Below, in pieces: positions 59,233 to 64,000 of a stretch of 64,000 nucleotides of DNA. Each line of letters starts with the position of its first letter. Position 1 is the first letter of the stretch. The position numbers and the translations under genes were made by a program. The stretch comes from Carcharhinus amblyrhynchos. Lineage: Eukaryota. The notes under the pieces were generated by a model. The model made no database searches, had not been told where the DNA came from, and saw only the letters and a program-made list of their open reading frames with translations. Where the stretch lies: assembly GCA_965287045.1 (NCBI GenBank), contig OZ336900.1, positions 12,896,001 through 12,960,000 on the forward strand, read 5' to 3'.

Positions 59233-61625
59233 TGCAAAGATGTTTATTCACCAGTTTAGGGAAAACACAACTTGTTTATTTGCTGGTTAAAACCGTAAAG
59301 AGGCTTATAAACAGCTTGAGAAGAGTCTGGGTACAGGGGGCAGCACTTAGCAAGATGATCCTCCACCCTGTTCCCTGATTGGTTCCCCATGTTATGTGAC
59401 CCTTACTCTGCAGGTTGATCCTTAAAGGGACAATCAGTACATCCGTCCCCCTCAAAGTCCAATTATACAAATGTCAATATTCAATTTGCACAGTCCAAGT
59501 TAATTAAATATTCAGGACATCAATTTAGTCAATTATAAATCAAGTCTTGCAGGGGTTTTCCGAATCCTTGTGGAGTGGCATAACTCCTTTGTCTGGAGGG
59601 GCACAATGACACAATGATAGGTGCATCTTCAGGCAAAGGCAGTTCCATTCTATCGATTTCACTGGAGATGTTGGTTGTGCCTCCCACAGGATGACCCGGT
59701 ACTTCAGTGCTTAAACAGTCAGCAACATTTCCTGATGGCAAAATACTTCCCGATGGCAAAACAGGACACCAGAGTATTTCAGTTTTTCTCAAATGGCCAA
59801 TCTGTTTTTGGATAATGCAACCTTCTATGTCTATGTGATAAGGCCAGGGCCCAGTTTTATAGACAACTATTCCAGGGACCCAACTCAAGCCACTACTAAA
59901 ATTGCTCACAAACATGGCATCATCCACCACAAACAAACATGTTAATTGACATGAAGCACAACTTCCCTGCTGACTGCTTTGACTGGCCGCTACCCTCCCC
60001 AGCAGTGGAAACACAAGGCTCAGTCTTCTTCTGAGATGTTTCTTTAACAGCTCTGCTGGTGGGATTCCATTTGTGCTTGTGGAGTGGTCTGGTAGCCAAG
60101 TAAGCATTGGAAGATTCAGGGCTGCAGAGCTCTTCCTGATTGCTTCTTTAAGCTAAATTTATAAGTTTGGATGGCTCGCTCAGTTAGTCCATTCGATGCT
60201 GCATAGTAAGGCATCATTCTAATGTGCATTATAGATTGAGTGTGAAGGTTTTAAACTCAGCACTTGTGAATACAGTTCCATGGTCAGACACTACTACTTC
60301 AGGAACTCCGGGGGTAGAAAAACATTAGCATAATCTTTCAGTGGTAGTGTGCCTCAAAAGTGTCCATCCACTTAGAGTGTGCATCAACACCGAGGAGAAA
60401 CATTGTGCCCATGAATGATAATCAATATAGACTTGTACCCATGGCTGGCCAGGCCATTCCCAAGGTATAGTGAGGCTGCAGCAAGCACCCTTTGCTGAAT
60501 TAATACTGTTCATAGCACTTTATTAGGCATTCTATGCCAGCATTAATGGCAGGCCACCACACACAACTTCTGGCAATCATCTTTATCTTTGAGAACGCTG
60601 TTTTTGAGCTTTGACAAAGGGTCACCGGGACTCGAAACATCAGCCCTTTTTCTCTCCTTACAGATGCTGTCAGACCTGCTGAGGTTTTCCAGCATTTTCT
60701 CTTTTGGCATAAGTATCTTTTGTCTGAACTTGTTTCCCACCCCATGGCTGCTTCTTCAGTTTTGGTGCAACTGCTGATTGCAGGTTCGTGTCCTAACTGG
60801 TTAACAGCACTAATTTGCACATTCTGTAATACTTGTGCATCTTTTTCATCACTTTCCATAGCCTGCACCATCTAATTGCTCAGTTAAAATTTACATCAAC
60901 ATCTGCAAGTAATCTCCATTGAATCGCCTTGCTATTTGCCCCGCAGACTAACGTCTCCTGCAACGTATCATTTAAGGTGGATCCAAAATCACAATATTCC
61001 AATATCAGTTTCAATTTCATGATTCCAGTCGCAGTTGTTTCACATGAGGCTCTCCCCTTTGAATTAAACTTGAATCTCCAGAGTATGACTGATGGAATAG
61101 GCTGGCAATATGACTTTGCCAATTCCACAAGCTCACTGGATCATTTGGAGTTAGGTGTGCTTAGGGCTGTGGGATTGCTGATCAGATGTAAATTTGGATT
61201 CCACAAGTACTCAGGAGAATTGTCTTGCGCATTGCTTCTACCCTATTTTGTTTGGAAGTAATATCTAAGGCGCTCTATGTATTGTGTCCAGTCCTCTGCG
61301 AAGGAGTCAAATGGATCTATCTGTTCAAACAGGGGCAGCTTGGTAATTATACTTTTCTTTTCTTATCTTTCACTCAACCTCACTGTAAACTGGATACTCG
61401 CAAACTGCCTTTTTTTAAATCTTCTTAGCCAAATGTAAAGGTGTTTGTTTACCAGTTTAGGGAAAACATGACTGATGTATTTATAAGGTTAAAACTACAG
61501 AGAGATTTGCAGCCTCATGGCACCAATCAGCTCCCGAGATGACCCTGAGTACAGAGGCCTGCACTTACCAGCATGATCTCCCACCGTTACTCTGCAGCTA
61601 GATCCCTAAAGGGACAATCACTACA
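59233..61625 (-). mobile_element. Internally deleted Gypsy LTR retrotransposon with both LTRs (gag plus integrase only)
   Basis: Diverged direct repeats 59233-59441 and 61434-61625 (CCAGTTTAGGGAAAAC...TTACTCTGCAG...TAAAGGGACAATCA.TACA), TG..CA ends, TGG-containing PBS position, PPT (TCCGTCCCCCTCAA), flanks GTGTC/GGGTC; gag ORF 60880..61128, integrase KMIARSCVWWP and C-terminal WVPG.V...TGP..Y. Confidence 0.85.
60607..60707 (+). mobile_element. Penelope-associated short repeat with degenerate hammerhead-like motif
   Basis: AGCT-TTGACAA-A-GGGTC(ACCGG)GACTC-GAAA-CATC-AGC followed by CTCTCCTTACAGATGCTGTCAGACCTGCTGAGGTTTTCCAGCATTTTCTC. Confidence 0.65.
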
Positions 61626-63344
61626 GGGTCTTTCAGTAGTAGTATCTTATCAGCCACTGACTTTGTATGCCCATTGCTCCATTGAGAAGAGATTACAGAT
61701 GTAAGCAGTGATTTGCGCTGAGATCTGTGCTCAGAGGTGTCATGGGAGCTATTCCTCTCCCATGTCAGGGATCTTGTCTCCTTTCAGCTGGATTTCAGTA
61801 TCCTTCCCATCTGACCTATGGAGGGGCATGTAGCTGAGGAGAAGGCAGTTGCTGTTGCTACTCCTGTTCTTGGCTGTGATGTGATTATCACCACTCCTTA
61901 GAATTGTATCATAGAGTTGCATGAGTTGCTCCCATAACCTAGGAAGGGCAGTTGAAGGTGAGTGAATTGCTAGACAGTTGATGTGATTTCTAACAAGTTG
62001 GCAATCACCTGTCAAGTAGCGAGAACACTCAGAGAAGAAATGCTTTGAACAGCAGTCTCTCAATAACCGTGGTTGGACCTCTTCAAAGCCTTCACAGCTT
62101 GTCAATTTTCTGAAGAAGTTCTTCCTGCTGCGCAGCGACTTCAATAACCCTGATGAGTGCTAACAGGTCAGGAAATAGATTCTCTGGCTGTGAAATCCAG
62201 AAATGAGTGTTAAAATAGGTCTTAATTAGCTTTTTGATTACCTCAATAACAAACTTGACAGATCCACAGACCACGGGGGCTGCATGCTCATCTTCAATCT
62301 TGTCTGCAGAAAGTCAGAAAAGGGACAAATGTGGTCAGGATCTTGACCTGATGAAAGTTTGGTTGGATTTAACTTCCTGCATGCATGGTATCCCATTTCC
62401 CCACGCCTTAGAAAACTCCCCCCAATAATTCAATGTGTGTTGAAACTTCCAATTCCTAAACATTAATTCGTAAACAGTTCCAAAGGGATGGGATAATCAA
62501 GAATTGGTACAGGCTTTTATTTTTCCAATTTATAGCTTGTGGAAAAATGGGATATAGTGAATGCTGGAAATGTGGATTGTCGAACTGTTGGAATGAGACG
62601 CCAACCTGACTATGAGAATTACATCATATAGGAAGGAAGGAATGCTTTCTAAATTAGCCATTCAAGCAATTACATTTTCTTGAGGCAAAAAAACCAGGCT
62701 AAATCAATGATGCTGGGTCATTTTTTTAAATTTATGCAAATTATTTGGAAAAAAGCACAAAATAATGGAATCGCTTGACAACAAAGGTGCATAACAAACT
62801 GCGAAGGAAGGTCAGTTTAGCAACTGTGGGTTGATAGATGTAGATCTATGTAATGAGCTAAGAAATAAATTAAGTACAATGATAGGATGCCTCTATTAAA
62901 TGGTAATATTCTTAATGAAGTGGAAAAAGAGGGTGTTCCAGCATGGGTGGCAGAGGAAGCCAATTCTTGAATGACATTGTTTGCCACAAGATAGCAGGGA
63001 AATATACACCCTGCAGCCGAACCCACAGTCACATGGAATTTCATGGATTATACGGCACAGAAACAGCCCATTCAGCCTCACCAGTCTATGTTGGAGTTTA
63101 TGTTCCACATGAGCCTCCTCCCATCCTTCTTACCGAAATCTACCATTGTAAACATTCATTCCCTTCCTTCTCAAATGCTTGTCAAGCTTCTCTTCATGCA
63201 GCTTTTATTTTAATTAACTTCAGGTCATCAAGCATCATGTTTTCATTTTATACGTAAATTGGGAGACATCCCATTCTGTTCCCATTCCAGAAGAGTTGGT
63301 TTGCTGTAACTTCAGAGCAAGTTGCTGTAACCTAAGAGGAAGGA

Positions 63345-64000
63345 GTCCAATTGGACTCCTCTGGAAGGCCGCTGCCCTCGACTGGACTTGTATGCCCAAA
63401 CCATCAGGAGGTGCGTTAACACCAGCTTCATCAGCCGCACTCACAATACAGCCCTGAACATCACCCAAGCACAACGCAACGCCATCCATGCTCTCAAGAC
63501 CAACCACAACATTGTCATCAAACCAGCAGACAAAGGAGGGGCCATCGTCATACTGAACAGATTACTGTAAAGAAGTGTACCGACAACTAAACAATGAGGA
63601 ACACTACAGACAGTTACCCACAGATCCGACCAAAGAACACACTTGTCAACTCAACATTCTGATCAAGACCTTTGATCCGGACCTTCAGAGCACCCTCCGT
63701 GCTCTCATTCCACATACTCCCCGCATTGGAGATCTCTAATGCTTCCCAAAGATACACAAGGCAAACACACCCGGCCGTCCCATCGTATCGGGCAATGGGA
63801 CTCTGTGTGAGAACCTCTCCAGCTACGTTGAGGGCATCCTGAAACCCATTGTACAAAAAACCCCCAGCTCTTGTCGCGACACTACGGACCTCCTACGGAA
63901 ACTCAGCACATATGGAGCAGTTGAACCAGGGACACTCCTCGTCACAATGGATGTCTCGGCGCTCTACACCAACATCCCCCACAATGATGGCATTGCTGCG
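63345..64000 (+). mobile_element. Penelope-like retroelement reverse transcriptase (partial, disrupted, runs off the window)
   Basis: NITQAQRNAIHALKTNHNIVIKPADKGGAIVILNR, then PRIGDL*CFPKIHKANTPGRPIVSGNGTLCENLS...LLVTMDVSALYTNIPHNDGI; one frameshift and one stop; CpG-rich, so relatively young. Confidence 0.9.

Noticed and set aside
61423-61433. PBS position of the Gypsy element reads TTTGGCTAAGA on the minus strand, identical to U2 nt 16-26
   Set aside because: Only 11 nt, in the same sense as U2 so it could not be primed by U2, and TGG is expected at any tRNA PBS; most likely coincidence.
61640-62420. 131-aa minus ORF (61749..62144) as a gene or Harbinger accessory protein
   Set aside because: No motif I can identify with confidence; possibly decayed transposon sequence, but it cannot be supported without a search.
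1-64000. CRISPR array, operon or other prokaryotic system
   Set aside because: No regularly spaced direct repeats and no dense ORFs; the content is vertebrate repeat-rich DNA.

Overview
Eukaryotic, AT-rich, gene-poor window, most likely an intron or intergenic region of a cartilaginous fish (shark). This is inferred from the repeat repertoire: HE1/V-domain tRNA-SINEs, Deu-domain SINEs, abundant CR1 LINEs, L2/RTE fragments, Gypsy LTR relics, a pogo transposase relic and Penelope-like elements. No host protein-coding exon can be supported; every protein-like ORF is transposon-derived. Three things stand out. (1) Three copies of a ~215-bp repeat follow U2 snRNA along most of its length and share derived changes, including a triplication of the helix-I/branch-point region, so they look like a U2-derived SINE family. 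(2) A young 104-bp-arm perfect palindrome with a 13-bp target-site duplication encodes a minimal type-I hammerhead ribozyme on each strand; related Penelope-type short elements lie elsewhere in the window and a Penelope RT sits at the right end. (3) An isolated perfect 53-bp-arm hairpin has no explanation. All family assignments come from visual recognition without database searches, and boundaries of old repeats are approximate.
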